Shown: positions 1 through 9,941 of the stretch, piece after piece
Numbering within the stretch: the stretch's first letter is position 1
Layout of the letters: each line of letters begins with the position of its first letter
Position numbers and translations under genes: made by a program
The notes under the pieces: generated by a model
What the model saw: the letters and a program-made list of their open reading frames with translations, nothing else
The model's database searches: none
Told to the model about the DNA's origin: nothing
Origin: Promethearchaeota archaeon
GTDB taxonomy: Archaea > Asgardarchaeota > Heimdallarchaeia > Hodarchaeales > Hodarchaeaceae
DNA: 64,000 nt
NCBI GenBank assembly: GCA_048938105.1
Contig: JBHLMN010000018.1
Span: 64,001 to 128,000 of the forward strand
Direction: 5' to 3'

Positions 1-366
1 AGGAGATTCCTCTAATTGTTTTAGAAATTCCAGTGTGCCTGATTGAGCGATTGTCCCTAGGTTCATTTTAATCTCCTGATAGGTCATACCAATTCCTGTA
101 TCTGAAACTGTTAATGTTCTCTCATCCTCATCGAATGTAATCCTAATACCAAGTTCAACATCAGGATCAATGATAGCCTCTTTGGTTTCAAGTTGAATAA
201 TTCGCATTCGATTCAGAGCATCGGTAGAATTCGAAATTAATTCCCGCAGGAAAATTTCTCGATTTTTATACAACCGGTTTATCAGAATATCTAAAACTCG
301 CTGAATTTCAGCTTGAAATTTAAATGTTCTTCCTTTAGAATCTTTTTTAGAGCTGTTTGTTGGCAC
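1..366 (-). CDS. htpG: Hsp90/HtpG chaperone, N-terminal ATPase domain (partial, runs off window start; not in ORF track)
   Basis: Manual translation from GTG at 366: ...TFKFQAEIQRVLDILINRLYKNREIFLRELISNSTDAL...VSDTGIGMT...NLGTIAQSGT. These are the Hsp90 GHKL signature motifs. Confidence 0.93.
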   Translation of the reverse strand, partial: MPTNSSKKDSKGRTFKFQAEIQRVLDILINRLYKNREIFLRELISNSTDALNRMRIIQLETKEAIIDPDVELGIRITFDEDERTLTVSDTGIGMTYQEIKMNLGTIAQSGTLEFLKQLEESP

Positions 367-699
367 TTCTCATACAATCCTTAAGATTTTTCTTTTAAGA
401 AAGGATTTAAAGCCCGTTAAAATCTCCTCAAGAAATATTCTAATCTTTTATCATCTTATTACTTATTATAAAGAAATTATTCTTAAAACAGGATTTTCAT
501 AATTTAATCTAATTTCTTCATGATAACTATCCAATGTTCAGTACTATTATTCTTTCAGAAGGGGTTAATCTAAAATTTGATATTCGGTTTCTTCTTAAAA
601 TCAAATTTAAAAAGAAAAAGAATGAGCATTCCAACACATACACTCATTGATAAAGAAGGAACATTAGCTTTAATTTGAAGGGTTAGATAACAAAGGAAT

Positions 700-1527
700 C
701 TAGAGTGTTAATCTGCTACTCTTATTCGGTATTTCAGTTGTACTTCTATAAAGTTGGGATTTTTTTTGGTAATATTGGCTTATATACCATCTATAAAAGA
801 GAATTAGGATTTCTTTACCAATATAAAAAACAGAATTTCGAGTTAAGTTCGTTTCTCTCGCATCTGGGTTTATTATAATAGGTAATTCAACCACTTGATA
901 TTTTCGCCAGATTAGATATAACAATAATTCCAGATCAAACGTCCAATGGTCAATATTCATGACAGGAAGAGCTGCAGATAAAACTTTTCTTTTAAAAACC
1001 TTTAATCCGACTTGTGTATCTTTTATTTTCAACCATGGGAATAAAAATCGAACTAGACAGATGAAGCCCGCAGATAAAAACGATCGATGTGATGACCACT
1101 TAAGTCGACTACCAAACTCCCTTTTACTTCCAATAACTCCATCAACATCCATCTCTATCAATTGCTTGTAGTACTTCGATATTTGAACAGCTGGTATATC
1201 CAAATCCCCATCAACGAAAGCTATACACTCGCTTTGGGTTTTTTCAAATCCTTTTCGAATAGCATAACCCTTACCACCATTATTTTTGTAATGAATGATT
1301 TTAAGATGTTGTAAAGATTTAATTTTTCGTTCTTGTAGTCTTTCTAAAGTATTGTCGATCGAACCGTCATCAATGACAACGATTTCATAATCTATATGAG
1401 CCTTGGATAACTCAGATTCCAATCTATCAATTGCTTTTTCTATGTGTTTTCCTTTATTAAATACTGGGATAATAACTGATAGATTGGGCATCTTTTCCTG
1501 CATTCCAGTCTGTGTAATTTCGAACAT
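700..1527 (-). CDS. GT2 glycosyltransferase, dolichol/polyprenol-phosphate glycosyltransferase-like
   Basis: LSVIIPVFN, IVVIDDGSIDNT, NGGKGYAIRKG, FVDGDLD, DTQVGLK, FDLELL motifs; real start may be an internal Met. Confidence 0.88.
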   Translation of the reverse strand: MFEITQTGMQEKMPNLSVIIPVFNKGKHIEKAIDRLESELSKAHIDYEIVVIDDGSIDNTLERLQERKIKSLQHLKIIHYKNNGGKGYAIRKGFEKTQSECIAFVDGDLDIPAVQISKYYKQLIEMDVDGVIGSKREFGSRLKWSSHRSFLSAGFICLVRFLFPWLKIKDTQVGLKVFKRKVLSAALPVMNIDHWTFDLELLLYLIWRKYQVVELPIIINPDARETNLTRNSVFYIGKEILILFYRWYISQYYQKKSQLYRSTTEIPNKSSRLTL

Positions 1528-1777
1528 CTATATGCTTATCCATGTTGGATTAAACTTGACTTTCATAACTTACCTCTTGTTTAAGAACATTTTCAAATGA
1601 ATCTTATCAACACTTTTTCGATGAAAGAATACCTTTGAAGTGTTAAATCGTTTAATTAAAGAAAGATTCTTTGATAGTTATCAAAAACCACGAAAATAAG
1701 AAAGTACCAAAATGATTATTCTTTTGTACATTTAAGAAGAATTTAGGGAAAAAAGAACTCCAATGATTAGCTTATCG

Positions 1778-2845
1778 TCATAGTTTCCGATTTTTCTTAT
1801 AATATCTTTCTTGCGCTTTTATCAAAGCTTCTTCAAACTTTGAATAATCTAAGTCAACCTCATCAAAGAGACTTTTAATTATCTCCTCAGGAACAAACTC
1901 TTCTACTTCTAATCTTTCTAATGCTACTTCTCGGCTTATTTGATTGTCCCTAGTTAATATACTTAAATTATCTACCTTGTCATTAAACCCAAGTACTTTT
2001 TTATAGATATATAATTTTAATTGAGCAATATTGCAATCTGCTCTCCAAAAAGATTCAAGGAGGGGATTCTTTTTCCAGTTTAATTCCTTTTTGATAGTTG
2101 AAATTACATCTTTCTCCACCCATCTTGTATAGTCAAAAAACGGTCGAACCTTTAATAAACCGTATCTTTTAACCAGTTTTTTCTCATAAAAGAAGTAGAA
2201 ATATTCCTTAAACTGTGTACTGAAATAGGTGTAATTTAAAACCCATCTTGGGTTTCTAATTACATTTTTTATATAGTTTTTTTTGGAAAAAAGAAGGAAT
2301 TTATATTCAGGATGTTCAAATGGTTCTCCTCCCATGACAACCACCGGAATCTTCTTTTTCTTTGCATATCGAAATACCATTATTGGAGTAAGTCTACAAC
2401 CTGTGCAGAATGATTCAACCATTTCAACTGTAGGCCTTTTCATCCATGTTGACATTGTGTGTTTAAAACATCTTTTTAGATACTCATTCTTTTCTATTAC
2501 AAGTTTAACATTTAATATATCTGTTCCAACATCCCTATTTTTTAAGGCCTGTTCCGGGATAAAATCAGCTTCAATGGAATAAGCTAGTACTCTTAAATTT
2601 ATCACCTTAGTAAGATAATATAATAAATATGCACTATCTTTTCCACCACTATAACCAATTATACAATCATAATCTTGGTTTCTATCTTTTTTAATTTTAT
2701 GAAACTTCTCTATTTCCTCTCTACAAGCTTCATCTCCAAGATAATTAAGTTTTTTGTGATTAATACAATGATTGCAAACACCCTCTTCATTAAATGTTAT
2801 CTTTGGATAAGTTACTGGCAGGATACATTTTGTACATCGTTTCAT
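1778..2845 (-). CDS. N-acetyl sugar amidotransferase-like PP-loop ATPase (WbuX/WbpG/PseA-like)
   Basis: N-terminal CxxC...CxxC (MKRCTKCILP...GVCNHC), YDCIIGYSGGKDS PP-loop, CTGC, ADC; lies in a glycan cluster. Confidence 0.8.
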   Translation of the reverse strand: MKRCTKCILPVTYPKITFNEEGVCNHCINHKKLNYLGDEACREEIEKFHKIKKDRNQDYDCIIGYSGGKDSAYLLYYLTKVINLRVLAYSIEADFIPEQALKNRDVGTDILNVKLVIEKNEYLKRCFKHTMSTWMKRPTVEMVESFCTGCRLTPIMVFRYAKKKKIPVVVMGGEPFEHPEYKFLLFSKKNYIKNVIRNPRWVLNYTYFSTQFKEYFYFFYEKKLVKRYGLLKVRPFFDYTRWVEKDVISTIKKELNWKKNPLLESFWRADCNIAQLKLYIYKKVLGFNDKVDNLSILTRDNQISREVALERLEVEEFVPEEIIKSLFDEVDLDYSKFEEALIKAQERYYKKNRKL

Positions 2846-2865
2846 CTGTAATTTCCTCTGATAAA

Positions 2866-2914
2866 GATGGCCTCATGTGGTTCCTACATAGATGAACCAT
2901 ACTTGGAGGCCATC
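2866..2914. promoter_or_regulatory. GC-rich hairpin 21 nt upstream of the amidotransferase start
   Basis: GATGGCCTC (2866-2874) is perfectly complementary to GAGGCCATC (2906-2914); inner stem TGGTTC/GAACCA; AT-rich surroundings. Confidence 0.5.
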
Positions 2915-3347
2915 ATGTTTGGGTTTTGTATTTACTCGGTTTTTGGGTCAATTATTGAAGTAAATTTACCAATTGCAAATTATTCTTCTATCATAATGGA
3001 CTTTCTGATTTGATTTCGTTTTAAAATTCACTTCAAGGTTGTTAGATCAATGTATAAATAGTCTAAGTGTTACCTTGGGAACCAAAAATTCGATTCTAGC
3101 ATTCTATCTCCTGATTTATTTATGTTTTCAAATAAATCTCCTTTTATTTTACTCTAGATTTTTTAACAAAGACAATACACAAAATTTATCTTGCATTATG
3201 AATTGTTTTATTAACTATTGTTCTTTAAATTTTCTTTCCTCTTGTTTGCGTTTTTAGTAGATTTATTTGTAATAACAACATAAAAGATGATTTCCCAAAA
3301 ACTATAGAATAAAAAAAAGCTAAATTCTGTACTAAAATGAATTAATT

Positions 3348-4487
3348 TCACTCATCGGTTTTTAAAAGGAGACTTATAACTTTTAAATAAGATCTGGCCG
3401 CATTATCCCATGATAATGATAAAGCATAACGTCTTGCATTTTTTGCCATCCCTTCTAATTTATCAGGTTGCTTAAATATATGAATCACAGCCTGTGCTAG
3501 CTCTTTAGGATCTCTTCTCTTAACTAATAACCCTGTTTCACCATTTATGATAGAATCGCGTAACCCAGGCACTTCATAACCAACAGCTATGGTCAATGTT
3601 ATATTTGCTTCAATTACAACTAATCCCCAACCTTCTCTGATAGAAGTTGTCAAAAGAATATGTGCTTTGGAAAGAAGGTTATACTTTTCTTCTTCCGATA
3701 AAAAACCATAAAATGCAATAGCTGATTTTAAACCTAATTTTTTTACCAAGTTTCGAAGGTGTTTTTCATACTGAGGGGTACCTCGACCAACAATCATCAT
3801 TTTAGCTTCTGTTAATTCTTTTTTAATGAAATAAAAAGCTAAAATACTTTCTTCAACTCGTTTCTGTCCAGTTAAACGGCCTAACGAGATTACAGTTGGA
3901 ACTTTTGATTTTCTTATTTCTGGGAGTATTATCGGAGTAGAGAACCCAGATCTTATTACAACTACATTTTTATTATAAAAACCAAGTTTCATAAGATCCT
4001 GTTTAGTACTGAAAGAAACGGCAATTGCGGGAATTCTCGTGGATAATTTTAATAAGACAGGTTCCAACCAGAAAGCTAGAATAGCGAGAGGTTTGGGGAT
4101 CTCATAAAATAAGACAGAATTATTGAGAGACCCATTTGGGTAATCACGCCCTGTTTGATGAAAAAGCAGTAAAATCGGGGTGTTTAGAAAGAAAGATGCA
4201 AACCAAGGGATACCTGCAGTTTGTGCTTCAATAACAATATCAAATCTATTTTTAAAGATTCTATGATACAACCAGAAAAAAAAACGCACTGAAAGATCAT
4301 TACCATATCTAAAAATCATTAAATTCTTTCTTTTAACCACTCTTTCCCCTCCAGAAAATGTTGATGTGAAAAGGACAATTTTATGCCCCCAACTAACCCA
4401 TCGATGAATTAATTCATGTACAACTACTTCTGCTCCTCCTGCCTTAGGATTAGCATTATCCCGCCAATTTAAAATAAGTATTTTCAC
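3348..4487 (-). CDS. GT4 family glycosyltransferase
   Basis: MKILILNWRD..NPKAGGAE N-terminus; LGRLTGQKRVE; REGWGLVVIEA (Ex7E). Confidence 0.92.
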   Translation of the reverse strand: MKILILNWRDNANPKAGGAEVVVHELIHRWVSWGHKIVLFTSTFSGGERVVKRKNLMIFRYGNDLSVRFFFWLYHRIFKNRFDIVIEAQTAGIPWFASFFLNTPILLLFHQTGRDYPNGSLNNSVLFYEIPKPLAILAFWLEPVLLKLSTRIPAIAVSFSTKQDLMKLGFYNKNVVVIRSGFSTPIILPEIRKSKVPTVISLGRLTGQKRVEESILAFYFIKKELTEAKMMIVGRGTPQYEKHLRNLVKKLGLKSAIAFYGFLSEEEKYNLLSKAHILLTTSIREGWGLVVIEANITLTIAVGYEVPGLRDSIINGETGLLVKRRDPKELAQAVIHIFKQPDKLEGMAKNARRYALSLSWDNAARSYLKVISLLLKTDE

Positions 4488-4492
4488 CTAAA

Positions 4493-4780
4493 TCAACTTG
4501 AAAGATTGTCAATATTTTGGGTACTGTCGTGGGTATCATTTAATTCGGTTGATGTTCCATGGTATAAAATTACTAAAGTAAATCCGATAATGAAGAATAA
4601 TACTCCCAACAAACTAAGCTCATCCTTTAGAATTGGAATACTAAGATAATTTACGACTGGATCTGCTAACAATAAAAGAGAAGCAGTTATAAATGCCCAT
4701 TTGTATCTCAATTTGTAATACCAAAAGATCAGAATATAACAAATTGAAACCAAAAAGAAAAAGATACTAAGCTCGCTCAT
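4493..4780 (-). CDS. small multi-TM membrane protein (partner of upstream large GT-C-like protein)
   Basis: About 3 hydrophobic segments; overlaps the upstream gene end by 14 nt; similar position and composition to 13407..13769. Confidence 0.65.
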   Translation of the reverse strand: MSELSIFFFLVSICYILIFWYYKLRYKWAFITASLLLLADPVVNYLSIPILKDELSLLGVLFFIIGFTLVILYHGTSTELNDTHDSTQNIDNLSS

Positions 4781-7700
4781 TTTTGTTCATCTGGAAGATT
4801 TTTTGAAATAATTTCAGAATTTTTTCATGATAGAGAATTACAAAACCAATGATTGATCCAATGATGAATAATAGAGAAATAAAAGATCCATAATTGAAAA
4901 AATATTCAGGAAAAAAAACTATTCTTAGATTCAATGGATTAATGGATCCTTTGTCTTCTATATTGATAATGTATCCAAGATTTGCACCATTCATGATAAT
5001 TGGATCATGATATTTTCCATTTAATTCTAGCTTCCAAAATTCATTGTAATTCTTTGCTATCCATAAAAAGAAAGGTTTCAAGGCTTTGATTTGAATATCA
5101 ATTTGTACTGATTTTATTATATACTGAAAATCAATATCTTTAGTGTTATTTAAGATAGATCTGAGAGTTTCAGAATCATTACTAACGGAATATAACCATA
5201 AGAAAGATTGGGTTGTTGAATCCGTACTTTGATTGGTTGTTACTGTAATATTAATAGTTGATTGATTGAGTTGTAGATTATTCGAGGTTTTCCAGGGAGT
5301 TTGGGATTCATTTGATAATAGAATTTTCTTTTTATTAATATATATTTGAGGATTTCTAGCACTATTATGAGAAATCCGAAAAATCCCCTTATGTAATATT
5401 TTAAGTTCAAAAGTTTGATTAATATTAGAATTAGGAATAGGACAATAGATTATTATGGGATATTTGTTCAATAGAACATTTGCTTTTGATAGTAAATCGC
5501 TATATTGGTCACTTGGGACAAGTACGAGACTATCTAAGACATTTAGGCCAAATTCATTACAGAATTGAATTTTATACAATCCTTCTGTTAAATTTATGCT
5601 TTTATGAACCCAATTAAATGAAGCCTTTTTTTCAGTAATAGTATTAAATTGAAAAGACATTATTTCATCATTTGAGCCATTAGTTATGCTAACATTAATT
5701 AACCCACCAGCTTGAGAATCCAATTTTCTTAAAAAAAACTCCCATTGCTTTTTTTGAGTGCAGCGAAAGTTGAGAGTGAGTACTGAATTATCATCTTCAG
5801 AAACTACTCCTGAAACTCCAAAGGGGATGTCCCAAATAGATAAATCCCATTCATCAATAATATCTATATTCTCTAAATCAATACTTTCCCATTCTTCGTT
5901 TCCATAATCCCCTAAGGACAAGAGTTCTACATCATTAGGATTGAGAAAGATTATATCTTCAAGTGAAGTACTATAATCTGCTAGTATTCGTAATTGAAGG
6001 CCGTTTAAATCGCTGTATATTTCCTTGTTTTGTTTTGCAAAAATTAGGGGGTAATTGAATGGATTATAAGAATCGATATTATCCAAAGCTTCTAGAGCCT
6101 GGAAACCATTTATTACCCATAAAACAGATTCTGTACAACCAACAATTCTCTTAAAATTCGTATTTTCAAATACGTTGAGAAAACCAAAATCCTTCTCAAC
6201 AAGTTGAAGATCCTGTTGAGATAAAAGGTTATTCTTTAGATAAGCTAATTGACTTTTTTTCTCTGGAATGTCATTATGAAGAATGACATATTTAATTCCA
6301 AGAAGAGTAAGATATTTTCCTAATTGTTTAGTTTTATTCATTAATAAATTCCCAAAATTTAGATCTGTACTCAAAAAGAATTCCGCTAAATATTTAGCTG
6401 GCTTATTGGGAGAAATAACTGGTTTTGGGAAATTCACTGTAATAAAGCTAGAAATTGATCTGTTTAAATTCCAATCAACCAGATTACCAAGGTATCCTGG
6501 AACCCACAATACGTTAAAATGTTCATTCTGATCTTTTAACCATTTCTCAAGACGCTCAATTTCTGTAGGAAGTTTAACTGGTTCTAGAGTTCCGTTAAAA
6601 TCTCCCGTAGCTAGAGGCCAAGCAGCTAATATTTGTAAAAAGATAAGTATCCCAAAAAAGGATAATTTTAATCCCTTTATCCATTGACTTTGTTGTCTAC
6701 TTCTAAGTAGGTTTTTTGTATATATTTTGATTTGGATGACAATATTTGGTGTTGAATAACCAACTAATACCGCTACTGCTAATAATAGGAGAACTTGGTA
6801 TTTTGGTGATCTAAAAGCCCAAGCATAATACTCATTAAAAGGGATATCGGCTAAAAAGAATGAAAACAGATCTTCATTAATAAATGGAGTTATAAGAATA
6901 AAAAAAACAACTATTGTAAAGAGTGAGAAGAATATAACGTAAGAATCTTTGGGATGAAAACTCAGAGCCATTATTGCTAGGGCAAAAGCAATAATGGAAG
7001 CAAAAAGAAATAACAAAAAAACAACATTTGAATTTAAAATTAAATTGGAAGTCATATATTTTCCATCTATTAACCAGTTTCCCATAAATCTGACGATTCT
7101 TGATGGAATTGCATTTCGATATAATAATTCGAAAATTTCTTCTATAGGTTGACTATAAAGTGAAACTCCACCCATTAATGCACCTGGAAGAAACCAAAAA
7201 GAAGTATAACCAATGAAAAAAATTAATAATAAAATTAAATAGCTCAAAGAGATCTTAATCTTTTGTAGAATAATTTTCATTTGCATTCCATTCTTCCTGA
7301 TCTCACGAAATGTCCAGAAAAAAGTAAATGATAGAAAAAAGACTGGGCCATATATTATCCAATGCGCTGAACAAGTTATTAAAGCCCAAAGTACGGCTGA
7401 TAATGCTATAAACCGTTTTTGTTGGGTCTCAAACGCTTTAAAGAATGTTAAAGCCATGAATGGAAGGATTCCATGAGAAACTCGAATAAAAAGATGAGTT
7501 GCTTGTCCTACAACAAAGGGAGACCACATGTAGACGAAACCAGCAAAAAACGCTCCCCATATATTTTCGCTTACTATTCTAGGATTGTTTTGTCTCCAAC
7601 AAAAAATACAGAGAGAGTAAATTCCAAATCCCGCAAATGTACTGAAAAATATACTAAGCCAACCTAATGTTTGTTGAGTGGTTAAATGCAAAAAAGACCC

Positions 7701-7952
7701 ATAAAAATACGCTATGAGAATTAATGGTAATTGAGGAAGGCGCTCGATTGTCGAAGAATCTAAAATATCATTCCAAATGGGGTAATACATCTTAATAAGC
7801 CCAGAGGGCATTTGGTGAAAATAAAAATCGGCATTAATAGAAAGACCATCCAAAAACACCATTTTCCAGAATATAACAATTGAAAACATAAAATAAGCAA
7901 GAAAAGGGATTACATGGTTCATTACAAGGTTTTTCTTTCGAGTACTCAGCAT
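4767..7952 (-). CDS. large polytopic GT-C-like membrane protein (AftD/YfhO-like) with extracellular domain
   Basis: Multi-TM N-terminal half; WAFRSPKY, AWPLATGD, VLWVPGY, LGIKYVILHND; large N-glycosylation-sequon-rich ectodomain; C-terminal TM; paralog of 13773..18116. Confidence 0.7.
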   Translation of the reverse strand: MLSTRKKNLVMNHVIPFLAYFMFSIVIFWKMVFLDGLSINADFYFHQMPSGLIKMYYPIWNDILDSSTIERLPQLPLILIAYFYGSFLHLTTQQTLGWLSIFFSTFAGFGIYSLCIFCWRQNNPRIVSENIWGAFFAGFVYMWSPFVVGQATHLFIRVSHGILPFMALTFFKAFETQQKRFIALSAVLWALITCSAHWIIYGPVFFLSFTFFWTFREIRKNGMQMKIILQKIKISLSYLILLLIFFIGYTSFWFLPGALMGGVSLYSQPIEEIFELLYRNAIPSRIVRFMGNWLIDGKYMTSNLILNSNVVFLLFLFASIIAFALAIMALSFHPKDSYVIFFSLFTIVVFFILITPFINEDLFSFFLADIPFNEYYAWAFRSPKYQVLLLLAVAVLVGYSTPNIVIQIKIYTKNLLRSRQQSQWIKGLKLSFFGILIFLQILAAWPLATGDFNGTLEPVKLPTEIERLEKWLKDQNEHFNVLWVPGYLGNLVDWNLNRSISSFITVNFPKPVISPNKPAKYLAEFFLSTDLNFGNLLMNKTKQLGKYLTLLGIKYVILHNDIPEKKSQLAYLKNNLLSQQDLQLVEKDFGFLNVFENTNFKRIVGCTESVLWVINGFQALEALDNIDSYNPFNYPLIFAKQNKEIYSDLNGLQLRILADYSTSLEDIIFLNPNDVELLSLGDYGNEEWESIDLENIDIIDEWDLSIWDIPFGVSGVVSEDDNSVLTLNFRCTQKKQWEFFLRKLDSQAGGLINVSITNGSNDEIMSFQFNTITEKKASFNWVHKSINLTEGLYKIQFCNEFGLNVLDSLVLVPSDQYSDLLSKANVLLNKYPIIIYCPIPNSNINQTFELKILHKGIFRISHNSARNPQIYINKKKILLSNESQTPWKTSNNLQLNQSTINITVTTNQSTDSTTQSFLWLYSVSNDSETLRSILNNTKDIDFQYIIKSVQIDIQIKALKPFFLWIAKNYNEFWKLELNGKYHDPIIMNGANLGYIINIEDKGSINPLNLRIVFFPEYFFNYGSFISLLFIIGSIIGFVILYHEKILKLFQKIFQMNKNERA

Positions 7953-8068
7953 ATTTCGGTTTCCATTTATTCAAGGAAATTATTCAGAGTATATTCAGAA
8001 TAACTTTTAAATAGTCACGTTTATATTCTGGACTGATTAACTCGGGTAATCTTTAGAGGCAGAATCTC

Positions 8069-8965
8069 ATGAGAAAAAGCAGGAAACCCCTCCTAATCAT
8101 CTTAGTACTTATAACATTGATTGGAACGTTATTCTTGGTCAATCTTGGGAGCGTCTCAAGTAATTCAAATAATTCATTTTGGAACTCAAACCTCGCCATT
8201 GATAATGACGTCACAGAACCACCTTGTGAAGGCAATGAACCAGAAGTTGAAATAACAGGGCTCGTAGAAGACGAAACTTATTCAGGTACAATAACAATTA
8301 AAATTTCTATTACAGACGAAAGTAGCATTAAAGAAGCTTCTATAATAATCATTAACGATGAAGTAGAAAAAAGTGATTATATAGAACTTGAGCTCGAAGC
8401 AGGTACATGGATTGGTTCATATGAACTTAATACTACAGTATTTCCTGATGGTACTTACCTTATCACATTTGAAGTTCTTGATGATTGTGACAACAGCGCA
8501 AAAGTTCAATTTGAGGTAATCTTTGACAATGCTGGAGAAGAATGTGATGACAATGATCCACCAGAAGTTGAAATTAAAGGAATCGAAGATGAGGAGACCT
8601 ACTCAGGCACAATTACAATAGAAGTTACAGTCACCGACGAAAGTGATATTGATAAGGCTACCATTGAAATAGAAGATGGCGATATTAGCGAAAAAGACGA
8701 AATAGATCTTGATCTTAAAGCAGGTACATGGACTGGTTCATATGATCTCGATACAACAGATTTTCCTGATGACACTTATGACATTACAATTGAAGTTTAT
8801 GATGAATGTGATAATGTAAAAAGAATCAGACTTGATGTTACCTTTGACAATGGCATTACTACTGGCGAAGGCCCTAGTCCAACACCTGGATTTGAAGGGA
8901 TTTCAGTATTTTTGAGTCTTGGTACTATTGCTGCTGTTCTATGCCAACAACGGAGAAAAAAGTAG
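8069..8965 (+). CDS. acidic surface protein with two Ig-like repeats and a PGF-CTERM-type anchor
   Basis: Signal peptide; two ~105-aa repeats (PEVEI.G..ETYSGTITI...TDES...DCDN/ECDN), each with 2 Cys; C-terminus TPGF + hydrophobic helix + RRKK. Confidence 0.85.
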   Translation: MRKSRKPLLIILVLITLIGTLFLVNLGSVSSNSNNSFWNSNLAIDNDVTEPPCEGNEPEVEITGLVEDETYSGTITIKISITDESSIKEASIIIINDEVEKSDYIELELEAGTWIGSYELNTTVFPDGTYLITFEVLDDCDNSAKVQFEVIFDNAGEECDDNDPPEVEIKGIEDEETYSGTITIEVTVTDESDIDKATIEIEDGDISEKDEIDLDLKAGTWTGSYDLDTTDFPDDTYDITIEVYDECDNVKRIRLDVTFDNGITTGEGPSPTPGFEGISVFLSLGTIAAVLCQQRRKK

Positions 8966-9002
8966 TCAGAGTAATTGAGATAAAGAAGATACATTAGTCG
9001 GG

Positions 9003-9830
9003 CTATTTAATAATGCTTCCCAATGGTGATATTAGGAGGGAGGAAACTATTTTCTCAAATGTAACTCTACGGTTTATGTAATAAGGAAACATAAAGACAG
9101 AGAGAGGAAAGCCAGCTTTTATTTCTTGGAAAGTAAGCGGTGCAGGATAAATCTGCCATGGATGAAGAAACATTACTGAAGCTAATCCTTGGCTCTCTCT
9201 ATGTCGAATGAATCGAAATATTTGATCTCCTATTAATCCAATAAAGAAACCTGAGCCATAAGGAATTTCAAAATTCTTCAAAAACACATTAATTAGTCCC
9301 CGCGGCATATCTACCATCTTTCGCCTTTCCTTAATCTTATTAATCATTCTATAGGAAGATACTGGGATTTCAAGAATAGGAAATTGGTTCTTCAAAATAT
9401 TCTTGGTACTATAAATTGAGGAATCGTACTTAAACCCCGCATCTACTAATAGTTGACATTCTTCAATTGTCAGCTGCATTTCTGGAGCTCTAAACCCTTT
9501 AGGTTTAAATGTTGAAAGAAATTCTTCCGCAAACTTTAGTTCCAAATCCAGTGCATTTTTCCCCATTAATTTAAGATGATTACAGGTGTGAAATCCAATT
9601 TCGTGTTTTAATTGCTTAATTTGTTTAATAAGCTCTGGATACCATTGATAAATCTCACTTACTATAAAGAAAGTCAGATTAGTTTTTTTCTTACTCAATA
9701 TCTCAAGAATTTGGGATGTAGCTTGAACAATGAATCCATTATCTAGACTTTTTCTTTTTTCAGAAGTTAACTCTTGTAATGCGCTTCTATGAACCCATGA
9801 TTCTAAATCGATCGTGAGATGATGATACAT
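9003..9830 (-). CDS. polysaccharide deacetylase (CE4/NodB fold)
   Basis: LTIDLESW, HEIGFHTCNH, GFRAPEM, YDSS, EIPVS, FLHPWQ motifs. Confidence 0.88.
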   Translation of the reverse strand: MYHHLTIDLESWVHRSALQELTSEKRKSLDNGFIVQATSQILEILSKKKTNLTFFIVSEIYQWYPELIKQIKQLKHEIGFHTCNHLKLMGKNALDLELKFAEEFLSTFKPKGFRAPEMQLTIEECQLLVDAGFKYDSSIYSTKNILKNQFPILEIPVSSYRMINKIKERRKMVDMPRGLINVFLKNFEIPYGSGFFIGLIGDQIFRFIRHRESQGLASVMFLHPWQIYPAPLTFQEIKAGFPLSVFMFPYYINRRVTFEKIVSSLLISPLGSIIK

Positions 9831-9941
9831 AGACTGTAAAAACCTACCTTTTTAATTAAAAGCCTGAAGGCTTTATATTATACGCCTGTGTGGAATATAC
9901 TCTTGTTAATCCCTAGTTTTATCAGCCTTATCTTCAAGTTG

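Noticed and set aside
2866-2914. SECIS element / selenoprotein recoding
   Set aside because: No AUGA/GA kink-turn core in the right register, and no nearby ORF with a convincing in-frame UGA at a Cys position.
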